A stretch of 39,275 nt of DNA from a virus (taxonomy: Duplodnaviria > Caudoviricetes): the IMG/VR virus record IMGVR_UViG_3300022407_004144, positions 1-39,275 of that record. One strand, written 5' to 3'. Made by a program: the position numbers and the translations under genes. Below, piece after piece: positions 17,850 through 26,106 of the stretch; within the stretch, counting starts at the first letter, position 1; each line of letters begins with the position of its first letter. A model generated the notes under the pieces. The model saw nothing but the letters and a program-made list of their open reading frames with translations, was not told the origin of the DNA and did not search any database.

Positions 17850-19168
17850 TGCCGGTCGACGCACGCATTGCCCTCGCGGGCATTCCGCAGGAATACAACG
17901 CCTTCGGCGCGTACAATACCTCGCGCGCGGCGGAGCAGACGTTCCGCCAGAACCAGATGATCCAGCAGGCCGCGCGCGACACTGCGGAGATGAACCGCAA
18001 TGCCATGGCCGCCGCGCAGACGCTCGACCCGACCGATCAGGCGGCGATGCGGGCGTATGTCGCACGCTACGGCCCCGCCGCCGCGCCGATCATCGAGGGC
18101 CTGTCCGGCGTCGACAACATGTTCACCGCCCGCAACACGGACGCGCGCGCGCAGGGCGAGTTCGACACCAAGCAGCGCGTCGACCTGCGCGACTTCTTGC
18201 AGCGGGAGGTGGGCTCGTTCCTCAACGACCCCTCGGACGCCAACATCGCCGCGTCCCGTGCCCGGGCAATCGCCGCCGGGATCGACGCGGCGGACTTTGA
18301 CGCCTACGTCGCGCCGTACACGGCGCTGCCGGTGGAGCAACGCCCTGACCGACTGCGGAACGAACTGGCCACGTCGGCTGACGGCTTGAAGCTGCTGGAG
18401 CGGTTCGCCCCGGCCTACGACATGCAGAACGCCGGCGGCTCGATCGTGCCGGTGCAGACGAACCCGCTTGCGCCGGGAGCAACGCCGCCGCGTCCGATCA
18501 CCGTCACGGCGGACCCGAACCGTCAGCAATTGGTGCAGGATGCCAACGGCAATTGGGTTTCGGTGAACCCGAACACCGGAGGCGCAGCCCCCGTCACGCT
18601 TCCCGGCGGCGCGCCCGTCACGGGTCAGACCCGCAGAGAGGAGGATGATCCGGCAGGCGCGGCAGCCGCAGCGGCCCGGGCCGCCGCTCCGGGACGACTG
18701 GAGGGTGCGCAGAACTTGACGCGCCTGATTGACGAGGCCGCGGCCAACACCAACTACTTCACGGCCGGGCTCGGCTCGCTCACGGCGGTTATTCCCGGCA
18801 CGCCTGCTGCCGACCTCGCCGGGACCATGGAAAGCATTAAGAGCAACCTGGCGTTTGACCGGCTGCAACAGATGCGCGACGAGAGCCGCACGGGCGGCGC
18901 GCTCGGCCAGATCGTGTTGCGCGAACTAGACATGCTGGCCTCGGTGTGGGCGTCCACGCAGCAATCGCAGTCACCGCAACAGCTTCGGGAAAACTTGGGC
19001 ATCCTGCGCACACGCTCCGAAGCCTTGGTGGCTGCGTATAAGGCCATGGTCGACGCGGGTGGCGGGGGTGCCCCGGCGGGCGGCGGCGGCGCAGGCGGAG
19101 GGCAAGTCGCCTACGATGCGCAGGGCAACCGCTTTGTTGTTCGCAACGGTCAGTGGGTGCGTGAGTAG
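17849..19168 (+). CDS. DNA ejection protein (gp20 position)
   Basis: 439 aa A/Q/R-rich helical protein; GGALGQI motif; synteny. Confidence 0.6.
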   Translation: MPVDARIALAGIPQEYNAFGAYNTSRAAEQTFRQNQMIQQAARDTAEMNRNAMAAAQTLDPTDQAAMRAYVARYGPAAAPIIEGLSGVDNMFTARNTDARAQGEFDTKQRVDLRDFLQREVGSFLNDPSDANIAASRARAIAAGIDAADFDAYVAPYTALPVEQRPDRLRNELATSADGLKLLERFAPAYDMQNAGGSIVPVQTNPLAPGATPPRPITVTADPNRQQLVQDANGNWVSVNPNTGGAAPVTLPGGAPVTGQTRREEDDPAGAAAAAARAAAPGRLEGAQNLTRLIDEAAANTNYFTAGLGSLTAVIPGTPAADLAGTMESIKSNLAFDRLQQMRDESRTGGALGQIVLRELDMLASVWASTQQSQSPQQLRENLGILRTRSEALVAAYKAMVDAGGGGAPAGGGGAGGGQVAYDAQGNRFVVRNGQWVRE

Positions 19169-21526
19169 ATGGCACAGCAGACGCCGCCGCTTCCGCCCGG
19201 GCTGTCCCTGACGCCGCCGCCCGCGCCGGTAGGCGTACCGCCGCTGCCGGCCGGCCTCAGCTTTACGCCGCCCGCTCCGCGCCGTAGCGGCGGCGGACGC
19301 CAGCCCGCGCCCGCTCGTCCGCAGCCCGCGCCTGCCGCGCCGCCGGTAGACGAGTACGACGGCCCGGCGCTGATCCGGGACGCGCAGACGACGCCGCAGG
19401 GCACGACCTACACCGTTCGCCCGCTGGCCCCGGAAGACACGCCCGAGAGCCTTGCGGCGGAGGGTCGCTACTTCAACCCGACGACGAACACCTGGGAGTT
19501 CCCGCGCGGCATGGAGGACGTCGAGGTACGCGGCTCGCGTCCCGAGATGCTGCCGATGGTGCGCCCCGGCGATGCGCCTGCCGCGCCGCAAGGTGGGCCG
19601 CTGGAGCGCGCTGGCGCGGCGGTCGTCGACGCCTACCGCTCGAACCCCGTCACGCGCCAGTTCCTGAACTTCGCCTCCGGCGGCGCGCGCGGCATCCAGC
19701 GTGTCGCGGGCGGAGCCTACGGTCTGCTCGGTCAGGCCGCCGACCGGCTCGGACTGGACGGCATCGGCAACGCCATGATCGACCAGGCGGACGCCTATCA
19801 GGCGCGCGCCAACGAGATGAACGCCCCGCAGCGCGCCGACAACCTGCTGCTCAACCAGACGGGCCAGTTCGCCGGCGAGGTCGCCGCGACCGCCCCGGTC
19901 GCAGGGGCAGTCGGCCGCGGCATCGCTGTCGGCGGCCAAGCCCTCGCCCGTGTCGCGCCGCGCGCCGGGCAGATCGTCGAGCGCATCGGTCAGGCCACGC
20001 AGGCGGGCGGCTTCCTACCCTCCGCCGTGCGAGCCCCGGCCGCCGGCGCAGCCCCGGCTGTCGGTGAGCGGCTGGCCAACCTCGGCGTCCGCGCTGCCGG
20101 TGGTGCCATCTCGGGCGGTGCGCAGGCCGCGCTTATCAACGAGGACGACGCGGCGGCCGGCGCGACCATCGGCGCGCTGCTGCCGACGATCGCTGCCCGC
20201 CCCGCCAAGTGGGCGCTCAACCGCCTGCTGACCGGGTTCGAGGCCCTGACGGGCACGCTCGGGCGGTCGCGCGCGTCGGAAGTCGTGCGCCAGTCGCTCG
20301 GCGTCGACTATGACGCAGCTGTCGCTGCCCTGCGCAACGCAGGGCCTGACGTCACTGCGCAGCAGGCCCTGGTCGAAGCGGGCGTCGAGCCCGCCGCCTT
20401 CATGGGCATCGGCGCGGGCGTGCGCGCCGTCGAACCTGACGCCTTCCTCGCCATCGAGGGTGCGCAGCGTACCGCCCGCCAAGCGCCGATCGACCGGCTG
20501 GCCGGCGGAGCGAACCTGACCGACGCGCAACTGGCGCAGCGCGGCGAGAAGGCGGCGCTCCGCGCGGCCACCGTCCCGATGCAACAGGCGGAGCTCGCGG
20601 CGGCTGACGCCTCCGGCACGCTGGACGTGGCTCCGGTCGCCGCCGCGCTCATGGCGCAGGCGGACGCGCCGGGCGTCGGCACGACCAACAGCCGGGTGCT
20701 GGCCGAGATCGCGTCGGCTCTGGACGCGCTGGCCGCCCGCCGCGGTGGCGTGGCGTCGGCGGAAGACATCTACGCCCTGCGCATGAACGACCTGGACGAC
20801 ATCATCTCGCGCGCGCTGAGCGCCGGGCGCGGCGGCGACATCTCCGGTCAATCCGCGCGCCGCAGCCAACTGGTGCGAGAGACGCAGCAGATGCTGGACG
20901 ACGCCATCGAGGCGGCCGGCGGCACAGGCTGGCGTCAGTATCTGGACGACTACGCCAGCGGCATGCGCAGCGTCGAGCGGCAGAACATGATGGGCGTGGC
21001 CGGGCGACAACTGCGCCAGAGTCCCAACGCCTTCGTCAACACGGTGGAGGGTGACGCGCCGGACGTCGTCTCGGGCGTCTTCGGCGGCAACCGCATCGAC
21101 CTGCGCAACCTGATGAACCCGACGGGTGTCGGGCCGTCGGGCATGGACGCGCTGGACAGCGCCGCTCGCCAGGTGCGCCGCGACGAGCGCGTCGGCGTGC
21201 TGGCCACTGAGGGGGCAGGCCGCGCGCGCGAACTGCTCGCGCCGGGGCGGTCGCCGTTCCGCCGCACCCGCAACATCATGACCATGGGGCGGCCGGTCAC
21301 GGCGGCGGCCATGGAGTTCGGATCGATGCTGGTCGACGCCAAGGTGTCGCCGCAGATCCGCCGCGAGCTTGCCCGGGCATATCAGTCGGGGGCGAACATG
21401 GACCAATTGCTCCAGATGGTCCCGCTGGCGACGCGCGCGCAGATGCAGCGCAACATGATGAACCCCGCGTTCTGGTCGCACCTGACCGGCGGCGCGGTCA
21501 ACGTCATGTCAGACCCCGCGCAGTAG
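19169..21526 (+). CDS. Large DNA ejection protein (gp16 position)
   Basis: 785 aa A/G-rich with Pro-rich N-terminus; last gene of the late operon. Confidence 0.6.
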   Translation: MAQQTPPLPPGLSLTPPPAPVGVPPLPAGLSFTPPAPRRSGGGRQPAPARPQPAPAAPPVDEYDGPALIRDAQTTPQGTTYTVRPLAPEDTPESLAAEGRYFNPTTNTWEFPRGMEDVEVRGSRPEMLPMVRPGDAPAAPQGGPLERAGAAVVDAYRSNPVTRQFLNFASGGARGIQRVAGGAYGLLGQAADRLGLDGIGNAMIDQADAYQARANEMNAPQRADNLLLNQTGQFAGEVAATAPVAGAVGRGIAVGGQALARVAPRAGQIVERIGQATQAGGFLPSAVRAPAAGAAPAVGERLANLGVRAAGGAISGGAQAALINEDDAAAGATIGALLPTIAARPAKWALNRLLTGFEALTGTLGRSRASEVVRQSLGVDYDAAVAALRNAGPDVTAQQALVEAGVEPAAFMGIGAGVRAVEPDAFLAIEGAQRTARQAPIDRLAGGANLTDAQLAQRGEKAALRAATVPMQQAELAAADASGTLDVAPVAAALMAQADAPGVGTTNSRVLAEIASALDALAARRGGVASAEDIYALRMNDLDDIISRALSAGRGGDISGQSARRSQLVRETQQMLDDAIEAAGGTGWRQYLDDYASGMRSVERQNMMGVAGRQLRQSPNAFVNTVEGDAPDVVSGVFGGNRIDLRNLMNPTGVGPSGMDALDSAARQVRRDERVGVLATEGAGRARELLAPGRSPFRRTRNIMTMGRPVTAAAMEFGSMLVDAKVSPQIRRELARAYQSGANMDQLLQMVPLATRAQMQRNMMNPAFWSHLTGGAVNVMSDPAQ

Positions 21527-21688
21527 CTCCTTGCGCTCTCGGGCGTTGCGCAGCTTGCCGTAGCGGGTGTGCATCCGCGCCAGGTGCGAGGCCCGGGGGC
21601 TGTCCCGGCCCGCCTCCTCGCGGATGGCCTCCTTCAGTTCCCGCTCGGTCATGTCGGGGAGCTTGGCGAGCAGTTCGGTCCAGTTCAT
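21509..21688 (-). CDS. Hypothetical protein (59 aa, not in the ORF track)
   Basis: Hand translation MNWTELLAKLPDMTERELKEAI...RMHTRYGKLRNARERKELLRGV; ATGA-coupled to the upstream gene. Confidence 0.7.
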   Translation of the reverse strand: MNWTELLAKLPDMTERELKEAIREEAGRDSPRASHLARMHTRYGKLRNARERKELLRGV

Positions 21689-21942
21689 ACTTGATCCTCA
21701 AGAATGGCGTCGATACCGATGTGCCACTCGCAGATGTGCTCGAAACGCCAACATACGTTCTCCAGCATATCCGTGTTCGGCTCCCGTATCGCCTCAAGTG
21801 CGGCGCGAGCGGCGGCAGCGAGGTCTATCACCCCGTCAAAGTACACCCGCGTCTCGCCGCCCTCCACGACAGAGTAAACCTTTCCGTCCTTCAACGCCGT
21901 CTGGCCGATAGCCTGCGCAGCCTTCTCCAACATCGTAGTCAT
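21685..21942 (-). CDS. Hypothetical protein
   Basis: 85 aa, ATGA coupling, GGAG RBS. Confidence 0.7.
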   Translation of the reverse strand: MTTMLEKAAQAIGQTALKDGKVYSVVEGGETRVYFDGVIDLAAAARAALEAIREPNTDMLENVCWRFEHICEWHIGIDAILEDQV

Positions 21943-22130
21943 GCGGCCAACTCCAGAAGGCGACCAAGAGCGTAGTGGAGGTCGCGAGCCTCCTCCATAG
22001 ACAGGCTTTGCCCGGCGCTGTCAGCACTATCCGTTCTGCGGATGCGCACCCACCGAGGATGGCCGCCGCCGTAGCTGATGACCCGCAGGGTCCCGATCTG
22101 TTTGTCGAAGGTATCGTTAAACCCGGTCAT
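21939..22130 (-). CDS. Hypothetical protein flanked by 17-bp direct repeats
   Basis: 63 aa; GTCATGCGGCCAACTCC at 21938-21954 and 22126-22142. Confidence 0.65.
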   Translation of the reverse strand: MTGFNDTFDKQIGTLRVISYGGGHPRWVRIRRTDSADSAGQSLSMEEARDLHYALGRLLELAA

Positions 22131-23416
22131 GCGGCCAACTCCTCTGTAGCCAGTTCAGACAGCGACCGCTTGTCGTGCAGCGCCTGCCAGATCCTCTCGT
22201 CGATCGTCTTCTCAGTGAGAAAGACATAGCACCAGACCGGGTGCTTCTGGCCGCTGCGGTGCAGCCGACCGACCGTCTGCTCGAACAGCTCCAGCGACCA
22301 CGGCAGGGAGACGAACACCACGTTCGACCCGCCGTGCTGGAGGTTCAACCCGTGCCCGGCGGACTTCGGATGGACCAGCAGCATCTCGATCTTGCCGGCG
22401 TTCCACCGTTGAATAGCATCCGCGTCGTCCAGCGTCTGCGCCTGCGGGTATCGCCGCTTCAGTTCGGCGAGCTCCTCACGGTAGTTGTAGACCACCAGGG
22501 TGTTGGCCCGCTGGTTCTCGGCCAGCAGTTCCTCGAGCCGGTCGAAGCGGTGCGACGAGAACCAGACCGGCTCGGGCGCGTAGGCCCACCCACCGGCGAG
22601 CTGCTGGAGCTTGCTGGTCATCGCCGCGGCGGTCAGGGCCGTGACCATCTCGCCGCCGACCTGGGCGACGTAGTCGCGCTTCATGCGGTCGTACGCCTTC
22701 ATGTCCATGGTCGAGCGCACCTCGACGACGTTGAGCGGCGGCAGGGTGTCGGCGTACTCACCCGGTTCCAGCACGAACGTCGCGGGCTTGATCTTGGCCA
22801 TGATGCCTGCCAAGGCGCTCGGCCGGGCGACCCACTGGCCGAACTCCCGGCTGATCGGGATGAACCACGTCTGGAGGAACGCCCCCTTGGAGCGCCCGAG
22901 CAGCGTCTCGTCGATCACCTTGCACTGACCGAAGACGTCCTCCAGCCCGTTCGAGGTGAACGAGCCGGTCAGGCCCCACCGGAACTTCAGCGGGGCCAGC
23001 AGCTTGAACAGTGCCTTGAAGCGCGCGCCGGACGGGTTCTTGAGCCGGGTGAGCTCGTCGAACACCACCCCATCGAAGCCGTCGAGCGAGGGCAGGGTCT
23101 GGATGGTGTCGTAGTTGGCGACGACGACGTCGGCCGCGCTGGCGAACGCGCCCGCGCGCTGCGCCGGCGTCCCCACGGCCACGGCGACGGACAGGCCCGG
23201 AGCCCACTTGGGGGCCTCGACCGGCCAGACGTCGGTGCAAACCCGGCGCGGGGCGAGCACCAGCCACCGGCGGGCGACGCCGTCGCGGATCATGGCGTGC
23301 ATGGCGGCGAGGGTGATGGCCGTCTTGCCCGCGCCGACGGGGGCGAGGATCATCGCCCTGTCTGTCTCGTACAGGAAGTCGGCGGCCTCGTCCTGGTAGG
23401 GGCGGAGCTTCATCAC
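22127..23416 (-). CDS. SNF2-family (SF2) helicase
   Basis: LRPYQ, GAGKT, VFDELT, GLTG, SAGHGLNLQ, QTVGRLHRSGQ. Confidence 0.92.
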   Translation of the reverse strand: MMKLRPYQDEAADFLYETDRAMILAPVGAGKTAITLAAMHAMIRDGVARRWLVLAPRRVCTDVWPVEAPKWAPGLSVAVAVGTPAQRAGAFASAADVVVANYDTIQTLPSLDGFDGVVFDELTRLKNPSGARFKALFKLLAPLKFRWGLTGSFTSNGLEDVFGQCKVIDETLLGRSKGAFLQTWFIPISREFGQWVARPSALAGIMAKIKPATFVLEPGEYADTLPPLNVVEVRSTMDMKAYDRMKRDYVAQVGGEMVTALTAAAMTSKLQQLAGGWAYAPEPVWFSSHRFDRLEELLAENQRANTLVVYNYREELAELKRRYPQAQTLDDADAIQRWNAGKIEMLLVHPKSAGHGLNLQHGGSNVVFVSLPWSLELFEQTVGRLHRSGQKHPVWCYVFLTEKTIDERIWQALHDKRSLSELATEELAA

Positions 23417-25032
23417 ATCACCGCCTCTATGAACCCTTGCGCTTGCGCGAGGTTGATCGCGTTACCGTAGCCGCGCAGCCGTCCGACCCGATTTTCAGAC
23501 CCGACGGCAAGCGGGAAGTAAGCCTCGGCATAGGCTTTGTGGTCGAGAGCCCAAGCCTCCTGTGCAGCCCGTGCCAGAATTGATGACAGAAGACGCACAG
23601 GGTCTGAATGTTCGCCCGACGATTGTCCGTCCAGTCCTCGTTGACGTGGTGCGCGTGCAGTTCCGTCGTCTGCCCACACGCCTCGCACGCCGCCTTGAGA
23701 TGTTTCCGCGCGTGGTAGAGATAGGCGTTCCGAGATACCCCGCCTTTGCTCCGCGAGTTGGCGCAGGAAAGCGAGCAAAAACGGCGCCTCGCAAAGTCCC
23801 GGAACCCTTCCAAGCGGCCATCCTTCGGATGCCGTCTGCGCAACAAGGTCGCACCACAAGTCTCGCAAGGCCGTTTCGTTTCCGGGTATTTCGAGGACGC
23901 CATTTATTTCTTCCTCGCACGCTTGGGCACTCGCATCCCGCACACGTCCCAGGCTCTCGGCAGACCCATAAGCCACCGGCTGTGGGCTGGCGCTAACTGG
24001 CCGCCACTTTCCATCCCGGCATCCGAGCCAGTCAACATCTCGCCAGAGGCCGTTAGTCGGGCCGGGGCAGCTATCGCCGCCGCCATCGACAGATCCTGCG
24101 GCGAGCCTTTGCGCTCGATCTCCCGCAGCGACCCCTCGACCGTCCGCACGTTCTTCTCGCCGTCCGCAGCCCGTGTCGTTGGCCACCCGGTCACCAGCGA
24201 GACCGTCTTGCGGCTGCTGTCGTTGTTGCCCGCCGCGTTGTTGCCGTTCTGCGCTGGCGTCCCGGCCATCGGCGTCGGCCAGCCCGCCTGATCCGCCACC
24301 AGCCCCAACGTGACCTGTACCTTGCGGCCGTCCGGCGTCTGCCCCGTCGCGCTCGTCCCGTCCGGGAAGGTCTGGCCGCCGCTCGGCGTCGTGGGGCTCG
24401 GCCAGCCCGCCGCCCACGCCTGATAGTCCAACAGGTCGTTGCGCAGCTTGCCGTCCTTGCGCGCCCACGAGTTCGTCAGGTCCGCGCCGCCCGATTTCCA
24501 GTCGCGTGTCGTCGGCGTGGCCCACCCCTTCTCGCTGCCCCGCCCAATAGAGCCGCTGTCGAATATGCGGCGCGCCGAAGCCCGCAGCGCAGGTATCGAC
24601 CGCCCCGACGGCGTAGTTCGCGCCTTCCAGGTCAGAGTGTACAAGGTCGAGCCAAGCGAGGCCGTCCTTGCTTGCAACCTGTTCGCCAAGGACGACGTCA
24701 GGGCGGCGCTCCGCGATGAGACGGAAGAAGTCGGGCCAGAGGTGGCGGGCGTCGTCGAAGCCTCCGCCCTTGCCTGCGGCGCTGAACGGCTGACAGGGGC
24801 ACGAGCCGGTCCAAACCGGACGCTGGTCACTCCATCCAGCCGCGCGCAGGGCGAGGCTCCAGACGCCGATGCCGGCGAAGAAGTGACATTGGGTGTAACC
24901 TTGAAGATCATCGGCCTGGACGTCCTTGATGCTGCGCTCGTCCACGTCGCCCGGGGCGATGTGGCCGGCCTTGATGAGTTCGCGCAGCCACGCCGCCGCG
25001 AACGGGTCGTATTCATTATAATAAGCAGTCAC
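23413..25032 (-). CDS. C5-cytosine DNA methyltransferase, alpha (catalytic) polypeptide
   Basis: Motif [41 protein letters not shown]; no motif IX in this frame. Confidence 0.9.
   Translation of the reverse strand: MTAYYNEYDPFAAAWLRELIKAGHIAPGDVDERSIKDVQADDLQGYTQCHFFAGIGVWSLALRAAGWSDQRPVWTGSCPCQPFSAAGKGGGFDDARHLWPDFFRLIAERRPDVVLGEQVASKDGLAWLDLVHSDLEGANYAVGAVDTCAAGFGAPHIRQRLYWAGQREGVGHADDTRLEIGRRGPDELVGAQGRQAAQRPVGLSGVGGGLAEPHDAERRPDLPGRDERDGADAGRPQGTGHVGAGGGSGGLADADGRDASAERQQRGGQQRQQPQDGLAGDRVANDTGCGRREERADGRGVAAGDRAQRLAAGSVDGGGDSCPGPTNGLWRDVDWLGCRDGKWRPVSASPQPVAYGSAESLGRVRDASAQACEEEINGVLEIPGNETALRDLWCDLVAQTASEGWPLGRVPGLCEAPFLLAFLRQLAEQRRGISERLSLPRAETSQGGVRGVWADDGTARAPRQRGLDGQSSGEHSDPVRLLSSILARAAQEAWALDHKAYAEAYFPLAVGSENRVGRLRGYGNAINLAQAQGFIEAVM
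23427..23903 (-). CDS. HNH endonuclease nested inside the methyltransferase alpha ORF
   Basis: CETC..FCSLSC Zn site; CEAC...[29 protein letters not shown]; ATG directly after the beta TAA, with GAGG upstream. Confidence 0.85.
   Translation of the reverse strand: MASSKYPETKRPCETCGATLLRRRHPKDGRLEGFRDFARRRFCSLSCANSRSKGGVSRNAYLYHARKHLKAACEACGQTTELHAHHVNEDWTDNRRANIQTLCVFCHQFWHGLHRRLGLSTTKPMPRLTSRLPSGLKIGSDGCAATVTRSTSRKRKGS
23904..25016 (-). CDS. Methyltransferase beta polypeptide in the +1 frame (start uncertain: 25016, 24911 or further in)
   Basis: 370-codon open frame within alpha; four GW(A/P)(T/S)(P/T) repeats; [17 protein letters not shown] resembles motif IX; arrangement as in M.EcoHK31I. 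Confidence 0.75.
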   Translation of the reverse strand: MNTTRSRRRGCANSSRPATSPRATWTSAASRTSRPMIFKVTPNVTSSPASASGASPCARLDGVTSVRFGPARAPVSRSAPQARAEASTTPATSGPTSSVSSRSAALTSSLANRLQARTASLGSTLYTLTWKARTTPSGRSIPALRASARRIFDSGSIGRGSEKGWATPTTRDWKSGGADLTNSWARKDGKLRNDLLDYQAWAAGWPSPTTPSGGQTFPDGTSATGQTPDGRKVQVTLGLVADQAGWPTPMAGTPAQNGNNAAGNNDSSRKTVSLVTGWPTTRAADGEKNVRTVEGSLREIERKGSPQDLSMAAAIAAPARLTASGEMLTGSDAGMESGGQLAPAHSRWLMGLPRAWDVCGMRVPKRARKK

Positions 25033-25523
25033 TTAGTTCTCCTTCGCGCCCACGCTTTTCGCAAACCTTCTGCGATCTTTGCGCGGTGCTCTGCCGATCT
25101 CGGCGGCAGCTTCACTCCTTGTTTAGCGAGCGACAGTTTGGCCCGATGTTCGGCGGATAGCGTCTTGCCGAGATGGGCTTTGGATATTTTTGCTCGCACT
25201 TCGGGAGGCATTTTTCGATCTGGGCACCCTTCGCCGCCGGCGGCTATGTTGTAGCCATCGGGCACCAGACAACCGAGGCGCACGATCAGCGCAATTTCTT
25301 GCTGGCAAAGAGCATCCCAACTTTCAGCAGCGGCCACCTCGGCAACAGAGAAGGCGTCGGGTCCGTATTGCCGCAGAGCATCGTGCAGCGCCCAACCCCT
25401 GCCCGCTTCCGCGTCGCGGATATGCTCGCGCCAGCGCACATCCAAAGACCGACTGGTCGCGCCGACATATTGAAAGCCGGTGATATTGTTTGTGACGACA
25501 TACAAGATCATGTTGTCAGTCAT
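25029..25523 (-). CDS. GIY-YIG homing endonuclease with NUMOD3 repeats
   Basis: ILYVVTN..YVGAT, RWREH, GYNIAAGG; PPEVRAKIS and SAEHRAK repeats; lower GC. Confidence 0.88.
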   Translation of the reverse strand: MTDNMILYVVTNNITGFQYVGATSRSLDVRWREHIRDAEAGRGWALHDALRQYGPDAFSVAEVAAAESWDALCQQEIALIVRLGCLVPDGYNIAAGGEGCPDRKMPPEVRAKISKAHLGKTLSAEHRAKLSLAKQGVKLPPRSAEHRAKIAEGLRKAWARRRTK

Positions 25524-25524
25524 A

Positions 25525-25569
25525 CTACAACAACCGTCGCCGCACAAACTCGTTGTAGTAGGCCGTCAT
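25525..25569 (-). pseudogene. Orphaned original 5' end of the methyltransferase (MTAYYNEFVRRRLL*)
   Basis: ATG ACG GCC TAC TAC AAC GAG encodes the same seven residues as the MTase start at 25032. Confidence 0.75.
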
Positions 25570-25775
25570 ATCTGCCAACTGAACTGGCGCGGCGGCGAAG
25601 GGCTGCGCACGACGACGTAGTCGGGGCTGATGACGGTCACGCGGTCCTTGCGCTTGCGCGGCAGGTTCAGCCGGTCCATGGCGGCGATGACCTCGTCGTA
25701 GGGCACGTCAATCGTCAGCGCGATCAGCGTCGGCGTCATGCCGCGCTGCCGCAGTTTCACAATCTCTCTATCCAT
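25566..25775 (-). CDS. Small HTH-like protein
   Basis: 69 aa, IVKLRQRGMTPTLIALTI HTH-like; GGAG RBS. Confidence 0.6.
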   Translation of the reverse strand: MDREIVKLRQRGMTPTLIALTIDVPYDEVIAAMDRLNLPRKRKDRVTVISPDYVVVRSPSPPRQFSWQI

Positions 25776-26026
25776 TCGTCGATCTCCTTCGTGGTTGACA
25801 GGCAGGCGTAGCGTTGTCCGAGCCGCGCCATCTCGGCGGCGAAGACGTGTTGGAGGGGCATCAGGCGGCCGCCGGGGCGCTTCAGTTCCACGAACCACGT
25901 CTGCCCTGGCAGGCACACGATCCGGTCCGAGACGCCCCGGTGCGACGGGCTGACGAATTTGAAGGCGACGCCTCCGGCCCGCGTCACCGCAGCCCTAAAA
26001 TAAGCCTCGACCTGACGCTCCAACAT
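25757..26026 (-). CDS. VRR-NUC domain nuclease
   Basis: KFVSPSHRGVSDRIV, FVELKRPGG. Confidence 0.88.
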   Translation of the reverse strand: MLERQVEAYFRAAVTRAGGVAFKFVSPSHRGVSDRIVCLPGQTWFVELKRPGGRLMPLQHVFAAEMARLGQRYACLSTTKEIDEWIERL

Positions 26027-26045
26027 GGCCCGACCATACACATCA

Positions 26046-26090
26046 GAAAAGCGTTGACAACACTTTTCAGTGCGAACAGAGTGGCGTCAA
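26046..26090. promoter_or_regulatory. Divergent promoter region with inverted repeat
   Basis: TTGACA on + at 26054 and TTGACG on - at 26090; near-palindrome GAAAAGCGTTG-A-CAACACTTTTC at 26046-26068. Confidence 0.55.
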
Positions 26091-26106
26091 CAAGGAGAAC
26101 AGTCAC

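Noticed and set aside
19160-19175. In-frame TAG-ATG junction suggesting readthrough fusion of ejection proteins
   Set aside because: No readthrough context; abutting genes also occur at 33298-33301
1057-21481. Long antisense ORFs opposite terL, portal, tailspike, coat, gp10 and gp16 (e.g. 2650-5040, 12784-14442)
   Set aside because: Expected shadow frames of GC3-rich genes; no motifs or RBS
23413-25569. Group I intron or intein explanation for the MTase inserts
   Set aside because: No intein C1/HN boundaries in the alpha frame and no obvious room for a ribozyme core; not formally excluded without RT-PCR
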